IMG/VR virus record: IMGVR_UViG_3300047548_001509
Span: 18,783-82,782 of that record
DNA: 64,000 nucleotides
Origin: a virus
Reading direction: 5' to 3' (one strand)
The position numbers and the translations under genes are program-made. The notes beneath the pieces were generated by a model that did no database searches, was not told the origin of the DNA, and was given only the letters and a program-made list of their open reading frames with translations. Of this stretch, positions 47,395-57,749 are shown in pieces; within the stretch, counting starts at the first letter, position 1; each line of letters starts with the position of its first letter.

Positions 47395-48087
47395 ATGTGT
47401 GCAATTCTAGGATCAAGAGATGTTTCAATGTTTGAAATATTATATGAGGCAAATAAAACTCGCGGAGCTTTTGCTTCTTCAGTATGTTCGCTAATATCTG
47501 ACGGAAATGGTAATGTTTGTGATCATTGGATTGGTAAGTTTAAAAATGTATTTGATATTGGTAAGATTAGCTTTGTAGACGGAGAACAAGAGTATATACT
47601 TGGTCACTTTCAAGCGCCGACGTCATCAAAACGAAAATGGGATTACGATACATCACACCCTTTTGAATCTCTCGATTGGTGTGTGGCTCATAATGGGGTT
47701 CTAACAAATTTTGAATATCTCAACAATAAATTTACACCATGGAATGTCAACCCTGTTGATTCCTCTGTGATTGTTAGTATGTTACAAGAAGAATATGAAG
47801 AAAAAGGAAAATTATCCATTAGCAAAGAATACCAATTATTGGAGAAGGTTCTGGATCGTCTCGAAGGTACATTTGCTCTTTATATTGTCAATACTAATAA
47901 TTGGAATACTTATATATGCCGTCAGGGGTCTACTTTATTTTTTGACAAATTAGGCAATTTCTCATCAATTAAGGGTAAAGGAATGACAGAGGTTCCAGAA
48001 GGTAAGATATACCAACTAGTAGACAGATATGGGTCTTTCAAACAAGTTGGAGAATTTAAAAGTAAATCACCGTTTTTAGTAATTTAA
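47395..48087 (+). CDS. Class II (Ntn) glutamine amidotransferase
   Basis: MCAILG (Cys2 nucleophile), RG, GHFQAPT, HPF, AHNGVLTN, VDS, LEGTFA. Confidence 0.85.
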   Translation: MCAILGSRDVSMFEILYEANKTRGAFASSVCSLISDGNGNVCDHWIGKFKNVFDIGKISFVDGEQEYILGHFQAPTSSKRKWDYDTSHPFESLDWCVAHNGVLTNFEYLNNKFTPWNVNPVDSSVIVSMLQEEYEEKGKLSISKEYQLLEKVLDRLEGTFALYIVNTNNWNTYICRQGSTLFFDKLGNFSSIKGKGMTEVPEGKIYQLVDRYGSFKQVGEFKSKSPFLVI

Positions 48088-48090
48088 TAT

Positions 48091-48789
48091 ATGGAAAACA
48101 AAAGAGTATATTTTTATGCTTGTACAAGTCAGAAAAATGAAGTAGATACATTATTATACAAAAGTTTAATACATAATGGGATTACAGATTACAATATAAC
48201 TGTAAACTTTAAAGGATCATTAACAAAACAATATAATATACTTCTCCATAAGCTTCTTCAGGATAAAAATAGTCTATACAGTACTGTTATTTTCTGTCAT
48301 GATGATATTACAATTAATACAAATGATTTGCGAAAATTTGATAATGAATTTGTAGTATTTGGGTTAGCTGGTACATCACAAGCAACAATCAAACATCCAT
48401 TTCTTTGGCATCTTTCTGCTCCAAGAGAAAATCATCTTGGTGCCGTTGCTCATTATAATGAGCATAATGATGATTACTTTATAACATCTTTTGGACCATT
48501 CAACAAGCAAGCTGTTCTTATTGACGGGGTGTTTATGGGAATAAATCTATCAAAATGGAAGAAAAACCCTATCTTTTTTGATGAAAATATACCATCAAAA
48601 TATCATTTTTATGACCTTGCGTTTTCATTAGATAATAATCTTGCAAAGAATAAAGTCGGTGTTATTGACTTCCCTATTATACATTGTTCACATGGGTTAC
48701 ACTCATTAAGTGATCAGCAGTGGCAAGACGGTGAAAAATATATATTAAAAAAATATGATAAGTATACAGGAACAACAATTGCAGTCTGA
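48091..48789 (+). CDS. GT-A glycosyltransferase-like protein
   Basis: IFCHDD, GLAG, LIDGVFM, FDE, HFYDL, IHCSHG. Confidence 0.7.
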   Translation: MENKRVYFYACTSQKNEVDTLLYKSLIHNGITDYNITVNFKGSLTKQYNILLHKLLQDKNSLYSTVIFCHDDITINTNDLRKFDNEFVVFGLAGTSQATIKHPFLWHLSAPRENHLGAVAHYNEHNDDYFITSFGPFNKQAVLIDGVFMGINLSKWKKNPIFFDENIPSKYHFYDLAFSLDNNLAKNKVGVIDFPIIHCSHGLHSLSDQQWQDGEKYILKKYDKYTGTTIAV

Positions 48790-48913
48790 TATAGATAGGT
48801 TAAGATTATCACAGAAGCATATAAAAACATTGTGTAGCAATACACTAAAAAGCAATAAAGACCCTGCCGTACAAAAATTAATGAGACAAATTTTGAGTTA
48901 TATTAAACCATAA

Positions 48914-50233
48914 ATGAAATTTAATGCGGACTATTTTGAAAACATCTTCATATATAAATGTCTAACAGATCAGAGCTATGTAAGTTCAGTTATTGATTAT
49001 ACAGATATAAGATACTTTAACAATAAGGATATTAGACTGGTTTGGGATATTATTAAGGGGTTCTATGATAAGCATTCTACTATTCCAAATACCACTGAGA
49101 TCAAGCAGTACATACAAACAAATGATCAAAAACAATCTCTTGTTAATGTATTGACAAAAATTAAAGAGGTTGAGAAAAATCTCAATAATGACGAGTTATA
49201 TCAAAACACAGAACTTTTTCTAAAAGAAAGATCTGTATACAACACCATGCTGGATGTTGCACAAGACATTTCTTCAAAGACTGTTGATCCAGCTGAAATT
49301 TTAGAAAAGTTTGATAGATCATGTAATATATCCTTACATACAGACATTGGTTTAGATCTATACAATGATATTGACAAAGTTTGTGCGCATTTAAGTAGTG
49401 TAGAAGAGACTATACCGACTAGTTGGAACTGGCTTGATGAAAATATTGGTGGCGGAATCTTTAAAAATGGTCGTGCTTTGTATGTATTTGTTGGTCAAAC
49501 CAATATTGGTAAATCTATTTTTCTTGGAAATGTCGCAACCAACATCGCAAAACAAGGTAAAACAGTGTTGCTTATAACACTTGAAATGCCGGAGATGTTA
49601 TATGCAAAGAGAATTTGTTCGAACGTAGCAAAAATACCACTATCAACAATTCATTTAGAGACACACACGCTCAAAAAGGAGATTAATAGCATAAAAGATA
49701 AGGGAAGACTTTTAATCAAAGAATTTCCTCCATCTACTATTACACCAAGACAATTGTACGGGTTTATCAAAAAAATAACAGATAGAGGTATTAAAATTGA
49801 TGCAATTGTGTTAGATTATATCAATTTGCTTAGTTCTCCGATTGGTTCAAACTCATATGAAAGAGTAAAGTATATAACAGAGCAGGTTCGGGCAATGTCT
49901 TATAGTTTTTCATGCCCAGTGATCTCAGCTTCCCAATTAAACCGATCAGGAACCCATGTTAATAATCCAGACCTAACAACTATTTCTGAAAGTTTGGGAT
50001 TGAGTATGACTGCTGATGTAATGGTTTCAATTTTTCAGTCTGATGAAGATAGAGAGTTGGGAATTATTAGATTAGGTATGATGAAAAATAGACTTGGACC
50101 TGTAGGTTCAACTCAAGCAATGAGAATCGATTATGGTACCCTTACAGTTACAGAAGCAGAAGATATTGAAGAAGATGAGAGTACAGAACAAGAAATGATA
50201 TCAACTCTTGAGATGTTTAAGGGTGTTGATTAA
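48914..50233 (+). CDS. gp41: Replicative DnaB-like helicase gp41
   Basis: GQTNIGKS, ITLEM, IKEFP, LDYINL, SASQLNR, SES, MKNR. Confidence 0.93.
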   Translation: MKFNADYFENIFIYKCLTDQSYVSSVIDYTDIRYFNNKDIRLVWDIIKGFYDKHSTIPNTTEIKQYIQTNDQKQSLVNVLTKIKEVEKNLNNDELYQNTELFLKERSVYNTMLDVAQDISSKTVDPAEILEKFDRSCNISLHTDIGLDLYNDIDKVCAHLSSVEETIPTSWNWLDENIGGGIFKNGRALYVFVGQTNIGKSIFLGNVATNIAKQGKTVLLITLEMPEMLYAKRICSNVAKIPLSTIHLETHTLKKEINSIKDKGRLLIKEFPPSTITPRQLYGFIKKITDRGIKIDAIVLDYINLLSSPIGSNSYERVKYITEQVRAMSYSFSCPVISASQLNRSGTHVNNPDLTTISESLGLSMTADVMVSIFQSDEDRELGIIRLGMMKNRLGPVGSTQAMRIDYGTLTVTEAEDIEEDESTEQEMISTLEMFKGVD

Positions 50234-50258
50234 GATAACAAACCTAATAACTACGTAA

Positions 50259-51137
50259 GTGAAACAGAGTGTTTTAATAATAACTGATAGTGATCTTGAT
50301 GGATGTGGGTCTTGTCTTGTTCTAAGATGGGTATATAAAGGATGTAATATTACAAACTGGTGTATCGATAGAGGTAATCCAAAAAGTATTTTTAACAAGG
50401 TTGATCATACGAAATTTGATAAAATCTATATTACAGATACATATGTGCCAGATGATTGTAAGTCTCTTGTAGATTATGAAAATGTATACATAGTGGATCA
50501 TCATAAAGCTCATTTCGAAGAAAGGGATAGTTATAAGAAGGCTAAAATATTGATGAAAGAGTATTATACATCTTGTACAAAGTTGTTATATGATCTCTTT
50601 CATTCAAAAGTTGAATTTAGTAAGTATCAGAAGTTACTTGTAAGTATAATTGACGATTATGATTGTTTTAGGTTGAAATATAAACAATCAAGACAGTTAG
50701 ATTCAATTTACCATGAGTTGAGAGGAACAAATCAAGACAAACTTGAAAAATTTATCGAGGAATTTACTGATGGGTTTAAAGGGTTTACACAGATACAAAA
50801 CAACATTATAAATTTAAGACAGAAGCAGCTTGTTGATACTATCAAAGAATGTGAGTTCTTTAGAGGTAAAATTGATAGCAATGATGCAATTGTTACATTT
50901 GGTGGTAAGTTTAATAATGATATTGCATTATATGCATTGAAAAAATATAATGTACCAGTTTGTATTATTGTGATGCCCGGAATTGGTCGAGTTTCATTTC
51001 GTAGATCAAAAGATAGTGATATAGATCTTCTTGAATTATGTAAAAAATATTGTGATGGAGTTGGTCATCCATATGCAGCTGGGGGTGTAATAACTGACAG
51101 TTTTTTAGAACTCACCAAAACATTTAAGAAGATCTAA
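50259..51137 (+). CDS. DHH-family phosphoesterase
   Basis: DSDLDG, ITD, VDHH, SFRR, GHPYAAG. Confidence 0.88.
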   Translation: MKQSVLIITDSDLDGCGSCLVLRWVYKGCNITNWCIDRGNPKSIFNKVDHTKFDKIYITDTYVPDDCKSLVDYENVYIVDHHKAHFEERDSYKKAKILMKEYYTSCTKLLYDLFHSKVEFSKYQKLLVSIIDDYDCFRLKYKQSRQLDSIYHELRGTNQDKLEKFIEEFTDGFKGFTQIQNNIINLRQKQLVDTIKECEFFRGKIDSNDAIVTFGGKFNNDIALYALKKYNVPVCIIVMPGIGRVSFRRSKDSDIDLLELCKKYCDGVGHPYAAGGVITDSFLELTKTFKKI

Positions 51138-51421
51138 TGAATCCAGCTACTAACATTATTGAAGATGAAACAGAGCATATTTTATTATGTTATTGTACAT
51201 ACTGTATGATTACTGTTGGTAAAAAGTTATCAATGCAAAATATCTTTCTTTTAACTCTTAAGGAAGATCGTTATAAACAATTGATTAAAGATCTTCTCGA
51301 TATTGAAAATGATTTTGAATTAGTCAGAATATTTCTTGATTATGATGATACCATAATAAAATCAAAATACGTCACAAAATATGTCAATTCCCTTAACAGA
51401 GCAAGAAAAGCAAGTTTATAA
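51137..51421 (+). CDS. Hypothetical protein
   Basis: 94-aa coupled ORF. Confidence 0.6.
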   Translation: MNPATNIIEDETEHILLCYCTYCMITVGKKLSMQNIFLLTLKEDRYKQLIKDLLDIENDFELVRIFLDYDDTIIKSKYVTKYVNSLNRARKASL

Positions 51422-52046
51422 CACATGGTTGAGAGTAACAAGACAACAAAAACAACAACCTTTTACACCCCGCAAAAAATTTGACGACCTAAAAGAAGAA
51501 AAATGCATTTTTATCCAAAAGATAAGTAGATTTTTTGATTCAAATCCCACAGTTAAGTGGGATTTGTTTTTTCAAGCCCCTTTTAGAGTATTCAAAGATG
51601 GTACATTCGATTTAGAATTTTTCACCACAAGGAAAGCAGTATCATGTTATATATCTTTGCTTGAGACAATTAGATTAGGAGATATTAAAACGGGGGAAAT
51701 ACAAAACCAGACAAAGCAGGGTATAAAGACAATTTTTGAACTATGTAAAGATAAAAGTATTACATTTGAGGAATATAAGACATATTTTGTTGAAAGTAAT
51801 ACTATTCCAGATTATATTATTAAGTTGAAGGATGGATCAATCAATTTTTATTGTTTGCATCTTCTCAATATAACCCCAAACATAGAAAAAAACATATTGG
51901 AATTTATTATTCCAGATTTTTATAACATATTTCAAAAAACCAAAATCAAATTTTTAGGTTCCGGAGAACCTAAGGAAACATTGAGAGATATAGTAAAAAA
52001 ACTTGAACTTTACCTCTTGAAAAATAGCAAAAGTAGATTAAAATAA
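51381..52046 (+). CDS. Hypothetical protein (position and size of helicase loader gp59)
   Basis: 221 aa, basic, directly before gp32; no firm motif. Confidence 0.45.
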   Translation: MSIPLTEQEKQVYNTWLRVTRQQKQQPFTPRKKFDDLKEEKCIFIQKISRFFDSNPTVKWDLFFQAPFRVFKDGTFDLEFFTTRKAVSCYISLLETIRLGDIKTGEIQNQTKQGIKTIFELCKDKSITFEEYKTYFVESNTIPDYIIKLKDGSINFYCLHLLNITPNIEKNILEFIIPDFYNIFQKTKIKFLGSGEPKETLRDIVKKLELYLLKNSKSRLK

Positions 52047-52051
52047 CATAT

Positions 52052-52897
52052 ATGAAATACAACACAAACACACTATTCGAATCAATCAAAGGCGCTCTTC
52101 AAAAAGAAGAAAAGAAAGACGGAGGTTTCAGGGACATCCTGCAATTGAAGCCAGGTAATACTTATACAGTTAGGTTTATTCCTAATGTAAAGGACCCAGC
52201 TGGAACGTTTTTTCATCACTTTACTCATGGCTGGACGTCATTTTTGACTGGGTCGTATGTAAGTGCATTGTCACCGATGACTTTTGGTGAGAGGGATCCA
52301 ATTGCTGAAGAAAGATATCGTGTCAATAGAGTTGGGACAGAAGCAGAGAAAGAAAAAATGAAGAGTGTTCGTAGAGCTGAACAATGGCTTGCTCGGGTCT
52401 ACGTTATCGACGATCCGACTAACCCAGAAAATAATGGAAAGGTCAAGAAAATTCGTTATGGTAAGCAAATCGATAAGATTGTGAAAGATGCGATTCAGGG
52501 AGAAATGGCTGAAGAGTTTGGATCTCGTATTTTCGATCTTACTAAAGCTGGTGCTAACTTTAAGATTAAGGTTGAAAAACAAACTGATTTGTACCCTTCG
52601 TATACATCTTCAAGATTCACTACAGCAAATAGTGATCTCAAGCTTACTGAAGCTCAAATTGAAGAAATCTTAACGACCGCACATGAAGTACCTCTTAGCG
52701 AAACTATTCCACTTAAGTCTTACGACGAGTTGAAGAAAATGCTTGATGAGCATTATTACTGCAAGACGGAGACTTCTTCAGATGATGTTGATGAAGAAAT
52801 TATCAGCTCTATCAACAGCGGGAATAAAGCTAAAGATGGTGGGGACGATGTGGATATTTCTGATGCAGAAGTTGAAGAACTTCTTAAGGATCTGTAA
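52052..52897 (+). CDS. gp32: Single-stranded DNA-binding protein gp32
   Basis: VRFIP, YVIDDPTNPENNGKVK..RYGKQI, GANFKIK, SYDELK, acidic tail. Confidence 0.9.
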   Translation: MKYNTNTLFESIKGALQKEEKKDGGFRDILQLKPGNTYTVRFIPNVKDPAGTFFHHFTHGWTSFLTGSYVSALSPMTFGERDPIAEERYRVNRVGTEAEKEKMKSVRRAEQWLARVYVIDDPTNPENNGKVKKIRYGKQIDKIVKDAIQGEMAEEFGSRIFDLTKAGANFKIKVEKQTDLYPSYTSSRFTTANSDLKLTEAQIEEILTTAHEVPLSETIPLKSYDELKKMLDEHYYCKTETSSDDVDEEIISSINSGNKAKDGGDDVDISDAEVEELLKDL

Positions 52898-52898
52898 G

Positions 52899-53327
52899 AT
52901 GGAAAAGCCACCAGCAGAATTAATTCATGCGATTGGGACTCTCTTCGGAGAGTCCAAACGTATTGACAATAATATTGTCGAGAGATCAAAAGATCTGTTT
53001 GGTACAAGCGATCTAATTCAAAAGACGCTTGAGCAAACTATCAGTACCATAAAAGCCCCTTCCGCTCCTGCTCCTGCTCCTGCTCAGGCTACATTTCATC
53101 AATCCCCATTTGTTGTGGATAACATGAAAGACTATTATACAGTACCAGAACCAGTAATGGGAGTGGGTTCATCAACTGTTTTGCCTGTAGATAATACAAC
53201 ACAGACGTTTTGGGTATTGAAATCTATTGATACTAAGCTACAATTGATTATTGATATTTTAACAGCAAAAAATAATGCATCTAAACCTAGAAAAAGAAAG
53301 CCTCGTAAGATTCCTACAAAATCTTGA
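52899..53327 (+). CDS. Hypothetical protein (start reassigned from 52743)
   Basis: ATG 52899 directly after the gp32 stop; PAPAPA linker. Confidence 0.55.
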   Translation: MEKPPAELIHAIGTLFGESKRIDNNIVERSKDLFGTSDLIQKTLEQTISTIKAPSAPAPAPAQATFHQSPFVVDNMKDYYTVPEPVMGVGSSTVLPVDNTTQTFWVLKSIDTKLQLIIDILTAKNNASKPRKRKPRKIPTKS

Positions 53328-53997
53328 TTCAATTACACAGCAGTCAATAATTACATTAACAGATTCAAAGATAGAGAGTATTGTTTCAACGCCAGACAAT
53401 ACTCTTTTTCTTTATAGTGAGTGGATATGTGATACTGATGTTGAAGATAAAAAAGCTATACACATTCCTGATGTAAAAAGATTATTAAATCTTGTCAGGT
53501 ATATCGATAGCGAGAATATTAATCTTGAATTATGTTCAAATTCTTTGAAATATAAATCAAAGGAGATGAAATTCACATATCATCTGTTTGAAGAAGGACT
53601 GATATCACCATGTCAATTAAAGGCTGAAAAAATTAAAGCTTTTGATACAGATTTTTCCTTTAACCTTACAAAAGCAGAATATCAAAAGCTAACAAAAGCG
53701 TCAGCTTTTTCTGGCGATGTTAATAAGATATACTTCTATACAAATGATGATGGTGTATTTGGTGAAATTACTGATAGAGCAAAACATAGTGTTGATACCT
53801 TCGGCTGTAAAGTCGGTGAGATAACAAAAGGCTCAACATTAGAACCGATTAGCCTTAACTTTGAAAACTTCAAACTGCTGCAATCTGGTTGGCAAACATG
53901 TAATGTAAGCTTTAATCAGCAACTTGGAGTGTGTATTATTAAAACAGTTGAGAATAATATTGAATCAACATACATATTTACATCTTTCAAACAATGA
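53275..53997 (+). CDS. gp45: Sliding clamp gp45-like
   Basis: 240 aa, two-domain clamp-like pattern (IHIPDVKRLLNLV, FSFNLT, LNFENFKLL), replication context. Confidence 0.7.
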   Translation: MHLNLEKESLVRFLQNLDSITQQSIITLTDSKIESIVSTPDNTLFLYSEWICDTDVEDKKAIHIPDVKRLLNLVRYIDSENINLELCSNSLKYKSKEMKFTYHLFEEGLISPCQLKAEKIKAFDTDFSFNLTKAEYQKLTKASAFSGDVNKIYFYTNDDGVFGEITDRAKHSVDTFGCKVGEITKGSTLEPISLNFENFKLLQSGWQTCNVSFNQQLGVCIIKTVENNIESTYIFTSFKQ

Positions 53998-54356
53998 AAA
54001 TAACAAAACAAGACAAGAACAAGCTTAAGACACCGGGGTACTTTATTAAAAGGTTAAAAGATAATGGGTATATTACTTTGAGAATGTTTCAAAAATATGC
54101 TCCATCTGACCCCAGAAAGTGGACTGTATTGATTGACCCTGGTAATTTTTCTGTGTTTGTAACATGTTTTGAGAATAAAAATGAGAAAGGCGAGATTCTA
54201 TTCCAAGTAGATGATGGTGGTAGATTATTTCCTAACAACTTTTATATCAAAACACATTCAATGGAAGTTGTGATCAACAATCTTATCGAAAGGGGTGTAA
54301 CACAATCGCAGAAAGATTCAATATTCTTTAAGACAAAAGATGAAGAGAATAAATAA
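53994..54356 (+). CDS. Hypothetical protein
   Basis: 120-aa coupled ORF. Confidence 0.6.
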   Translation: MKITKQDKNKLKTPGYFIKRLKDNGYITLRMFQKYAPSDPRKWTVLIDPGNFSVFVTCFENKNEKGEILFQVDDGGRLFPNNFYIKTHSMEVVINNLIERGVTQSQKDSIFFKTKDEENK

Positions 54357-54759
54357 AGGCATGGCTGATGAAACACCACGTAGAAGACGCCGAAGCAAAT
54401 CAGCCAAGCCAATAACTGATTTGGATACACCCGACACACCAATGGTGGGTAATATTGGTGATACTGAATCAGCAAATACAAAGGCTATTCGGTCTTTAAT
54501 ACAAGCTGTGTTAGGTGAAAAAGTTGAAGCACAAAAGCATATACGTGAATCAGAAGACAATTCAAGAGCTCTTATTTCAACAATTTCAGAGTTTCTTGAT
54601 TGTTTTGTGCTGCTTGGATATGATCAAGAAGGAGACCCAATGATTATTTCATATGGACCTACTTCAAAAGATGGTGACGCACTGAGAAATTTATATCTCA
54701 AATTCCTACCACAATTCATGCATTCGCAAGATGATTTGGGCGACCCTGAAGAGTTTTAA
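54340..54759 (+). CDS. Hypothetical protein
   Basis: 139-aa ORF. Confidence 0.6.
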   Translation: MKRINKGMADETPRRRRRSKSAKPITDLDTPDTPMVGNIGDTESANTKAIRSLIQAVLGEKVEAQKHIRESEDNSRALISTISEFLDCFVLLGYDQEGDPMIISYGPTSKDGDALRNLYLKFLPQFMHSQDDLGDPEEF

Positions 54760-55123
54760 ACCAAGAGACTCTTTTATGATTCGTTCTGGAGAACGAATGG
54801 GAGAGATGCTTATATTGATGGAGACACTTCAAACGAATTACGTTTTCCTTTCGTATCCTCTAAACATTATTAGGGTTTACGAAAAAGGACAGTTTGATTT
54901 AGAGAGGAAAGATGGTATAATTGAATTTATACAGAAGCTTCCTAAACATGTGTTCAAAGGACTCAAGCAAACGTTTGAATCAGCTAAGCGAAAAGGTAGT
55001 GTAACACAATGGGAAAAGGAAACACTTCGTTCTCAAATAAGAAAAGATGAAAACTTTAATAATAGACGGAAACAACCTGGTGTGGAGAGCTCAGTGGGTG
55101 GCAAAAAACACCCACCAGACTGA
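54731..55123 (+). CDS. Hypothetical protein
   Basis: 130-aa ORF. Confidence 0.5.
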   Translation: MIWATLKSFKPRDSFMIRSGERMGEMLILMETLQTNYVFLSYPLNIIRVYEKGQFDLERKDGIIEFIQKLPKHVFKGLKQTFESAKRKGSVTQWEKETLRSQIRKDENFNNRRKQPGVESSVGGKKHPPD

Positions 55124-55919
55124 CGCAGATTTTCTTGGTGTATATATATTCCTTACGTCATTAAAGTCATATTATGAAAAATACCAGCCTACCCATATTA
55201 TATGCTGTTGGGATGAGAAATTAGAATATAAACCCAACCCAAGAAAGCAGTTACTTGAGCAATATAAAGGCAACAGAGATAAAGATAATAATGTTGATAT
55301 ACATGCAGATAATCAACATATTAAAGATCTGATTGAATCCATTGGTGGTATTAATTTCTTTCCGCGTGAGTTAGAAGCTGATGATATTATGGCATTTTTA
55401 TGCCATAATATACCAGGGAAGAAAGTAATTATTACTGTTGATAAGGACCTCCTTCAGCTTGTTGATAGTGATACTGTTGTCTATAGTCCTATTAAAAAGG
55501 TTGAGTATAACATTGATAACATTGATGAACTACTAGGATATAGCCATAAGAATTTCGTTATATATAAAGCCTTTATTGGGGATCAATCAGATAATATTCC
55601 TGGTGTGTATCGATTTGGACCAAAGAAAATTGAACAATATATAAACGGGAGTATTGCTCTAACAGAGGATCAGCAAAAAATTGTTGATCTCAATATGAGC
55701 TTAATGGATCTTAATCAGGGATATGTTCAATATCCCGAGGAAAAGCAATATTATCAAGATCAGATGAAGAAAGAATTCCCAAAACCAGATTGGGATAGGT
55801 TTATGTTTATCTGCAAAGATCTTAATTTCCAAAAAGTTGTTAACCAAAAGGAAAAATGGTTTGAGACATTTTTCCAAAAAGATGTGATGAATAACATAAT
55901 CAGTAACTTGTTTGCATGA
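55047..55919 (+). CDS. rnh: T4 RNase H / 5'-3' flap exonuclease
   Basis: IIDGNNL, YKGNR, LEADDI, DKDLLQL, GDQSDNIPGV. Confidence 0.92.
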   Translation: MKTLIIDGNNLVWRAQWVAKNTHQTDADFLGVYIFLTSLKSYYEKYQPTHIICCWDEKLEYKPNPRKQLLEQYKGNRDKDNNVDIHADNQHIKDLIESIGGINFFPRELEADDIMAFLCHNIPGKKVIITVDKDLLQLVDSDTVVYSPIKKVEYNIDNIDELLGYSHKNFVIYKAFIGDQSDNIPGVYRFGPKKIEQYINGSIALTEDQQKIVDLNMSLMDLNQGYVQYPEEKQYYQDQMKKEFPKPDWDRFMFICKDLNFQKVVNQKEKWFETFFQKDVMNNIISNLFA

Positions 55920-56977
55920 TCAATGTACCAGAACAATATTCGATTAATAAATTCTATCAATACGCATATAGGGTAAAACATAACAAGTATAATAATACAT
56001 ATCAGGCTGAATGTCCTATATGTAGAGAAGGTAGTTCTTCTGGGAAAAAGCGCAGGTGCTACTTTATACCCAAAAAGGAACTAATATTTTGCCACAATTG
56101 CGGGTGGTCATCGAAGCCTCTCAAGTGGATATGTAAAGTATCTGGTGATACAATTAATGAAATCATTAATGAGATAAAAGAAAATGATTACGATTATGGT
56201 ATTCAAGAAGTAAAAGATAAAGTAAAGCCTGAAAGATACATTCCGGATATTCCAGATGATTGTATTGAGCTGTTTGAGATCAATAGAGAAGAACTAATAG
56301 ACAATGGAGAATCAATTTTGACAAAAGATCAAAGTCAGATTGTAGAAAAATGTCTTAAATTCATAGAATCAAGAAATCTCAACATTGCTGTTAATAGACC
56401 AAAATCACTTTATGTATCTTTTCGGGACCCCACCCATAAAAATAGGTTAATTATACCTTTTTATGACACAAAAGGCAAGATTGTATTTTATCAATCACGA
56501 AAAGTTATAGACTTTGATCCAAAGCCTCGTTATATTTCCAAGACCAATGGTGATAAAACAATATTTGGGATTGATAAAGTTACAAACGATAGTGATTATG
56601 TCTTCGTTTTTGAAGGACCATTTAATTCCTTTTTTATGAAAAACGGAGTTGCTGTTGGAGGTATTCAAGATTCACAGCAGACATTTACACAAAAGCAGCA
56701 AGATCAGTGGGATACACATTTACGATTTTATAAGCGTATATTTGTATTAGATTCTCAATGGAAAGACAAGACCAGTCTTTCAAAAACGGAAAAGCTGTTA
56801 GATATAGGCGAGACGGTATTTATATGGCCTGAAAATATTGGCAAACACTTTAAAGACTTTAATGAGATTGCAATAAGGGGAAATCTTGACCATGTAAGTC
56901 AAGATTTCGTTATTGGTAATTCTTTTTCTGGGTTAACCGGAAAAATTAAACTGGGTCAGATAAAGCGGATTATCTGA
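55916..56977 (+). CDS. gp61: DNA primase gp61
   Basis: CPIC...CHNCG zinc finger, RLIIPF, YQSR, FEGPFNS. Confidence 0.9.
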   Translation: MINVPEQYSINKFYQYAYRVKHNKYNNTYQAECPICREGSSSGKKRRCYFIPKKELIFCHNCGWSSKPLKWICKVSGDTINEIINEIKENDYDYGIQEVKDKVKPERYIPDIPDDCIELFEINREELIDNGESILTKDQSQIVEKCLKFIESRNLNIAVNRPKSLYVSFRDPTHKNRLIIPFYDTKGKIVFYQSRKVIDFDPKPRYISKTNGDKTIFGIDKVTNDSDYVFVFEGPFNSFFMKNGVAVGGIQDSQQTFTQKQQDQWDTHLRFYKRIFVLDSQWKDKTSLSKTEKLLDIGETVFIWPENIGKHFKDFNEIAIRGNLDHVSQDFVIGNSFSGLTGKIKLGQIKRII

Positions 56978-57383
56978 ATCGATATTTCGGGTCTGTTGAA
57001 TTTGAGAGATAACCCTTCATGGACTGAGCTAATGATGCTAAATCCATAGCTGTACGAGAAATCTTTTTTGTTTCCGTTGTTCTGATTTTATCAAGAATAG
57101 TATCAGGTACCGAATTTTTTAAGATTGATTGAATAGATTTTGGATCGTCAGGGTCATTGAGAAAATTTGTGAATCTATCAAGTTCACCGATCCAATTTTT
57201 AATATGTTGAACCATTTGTTGCTCTTGTTGTGCCGCAGCTTGTAATACCGCTGAATCAACACCGGTTGCCCCAAGATCACTAGGTTCAGCACTATCTAAA
57301 GTTGCTTGCATCGCCTGTTCATCTGGTGTTTGCTCAATATCTTGTTCGATAAAAAGTTTAAATCTCTTTTGGAAAGCTGACAT
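56970..57383 (-). CDS. Hypothetical late protein
   Basis: AATAAATA at 57391-57398 (minus); N-term MSAFQKRFKLFIE. Confidence 0.6.
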   Translation of the reverse strand: MSAFQKRFKLFIEQDIEQTPDEQAMQATLDSAEPSDLGATGVDSAVLQAAAQQEQQMVQHIKNWIGELDRFTNFLNDPDDPKSIQSILKNSVPDTILDKIRTTETKKISRTAMDLASLAQSMKGYLSNSTDPKYRFR

Positions 57384-57419
57384 ATACAGTTATTTATTCT
57401 CAACACACTAAATATATAG

Positions 57420-57749
57420 ATGATTAATACACAGCCATCTCCATACCAGGTAGGTTTTGCTCAAGCCCCTACTTCTTCCATGGAAGATCTCAAGAGACAA
57501 TTTGAAATTCAAAAAGACGAAGAAAAGAGAACACATAAAGCACAACCTAATCTTCCAAATACCCTTCAGACAGTAGTAAATCAATTTGGTGATATATATT
57601 TGAAATTTGTAGATATTAGGAATGCACTAGAGTTAGCAAAGCAAAATACTAGACGAACTGAAGGTATAGAGATATTACAACAAAAAATTGACAGGATCAA
57701 CGAGCAAATATTTGATTTAACAAATGATTTAGATAAAATAAAGATGTGA
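57420..57749 (+). CDS. Hypothetical late coiled-coil protein
   Basis: ACTAAATA at 57407-57414. Confidence 0.6.
   Translation: MINTQPSPYQVGFAQAPTSSMEDLKRQFEIQKDEEKRTHKAQPNLPNTLQTVVNQFGDIYLKFVDIRNALELAKQNTRRTEGIEILQQKIDRINEQIFDLTNDLDKIKM

Noticed and set aside
53063-53086. (CCTGCT)n short repeat
   Set aside because: Encodes a PAPAPA linker
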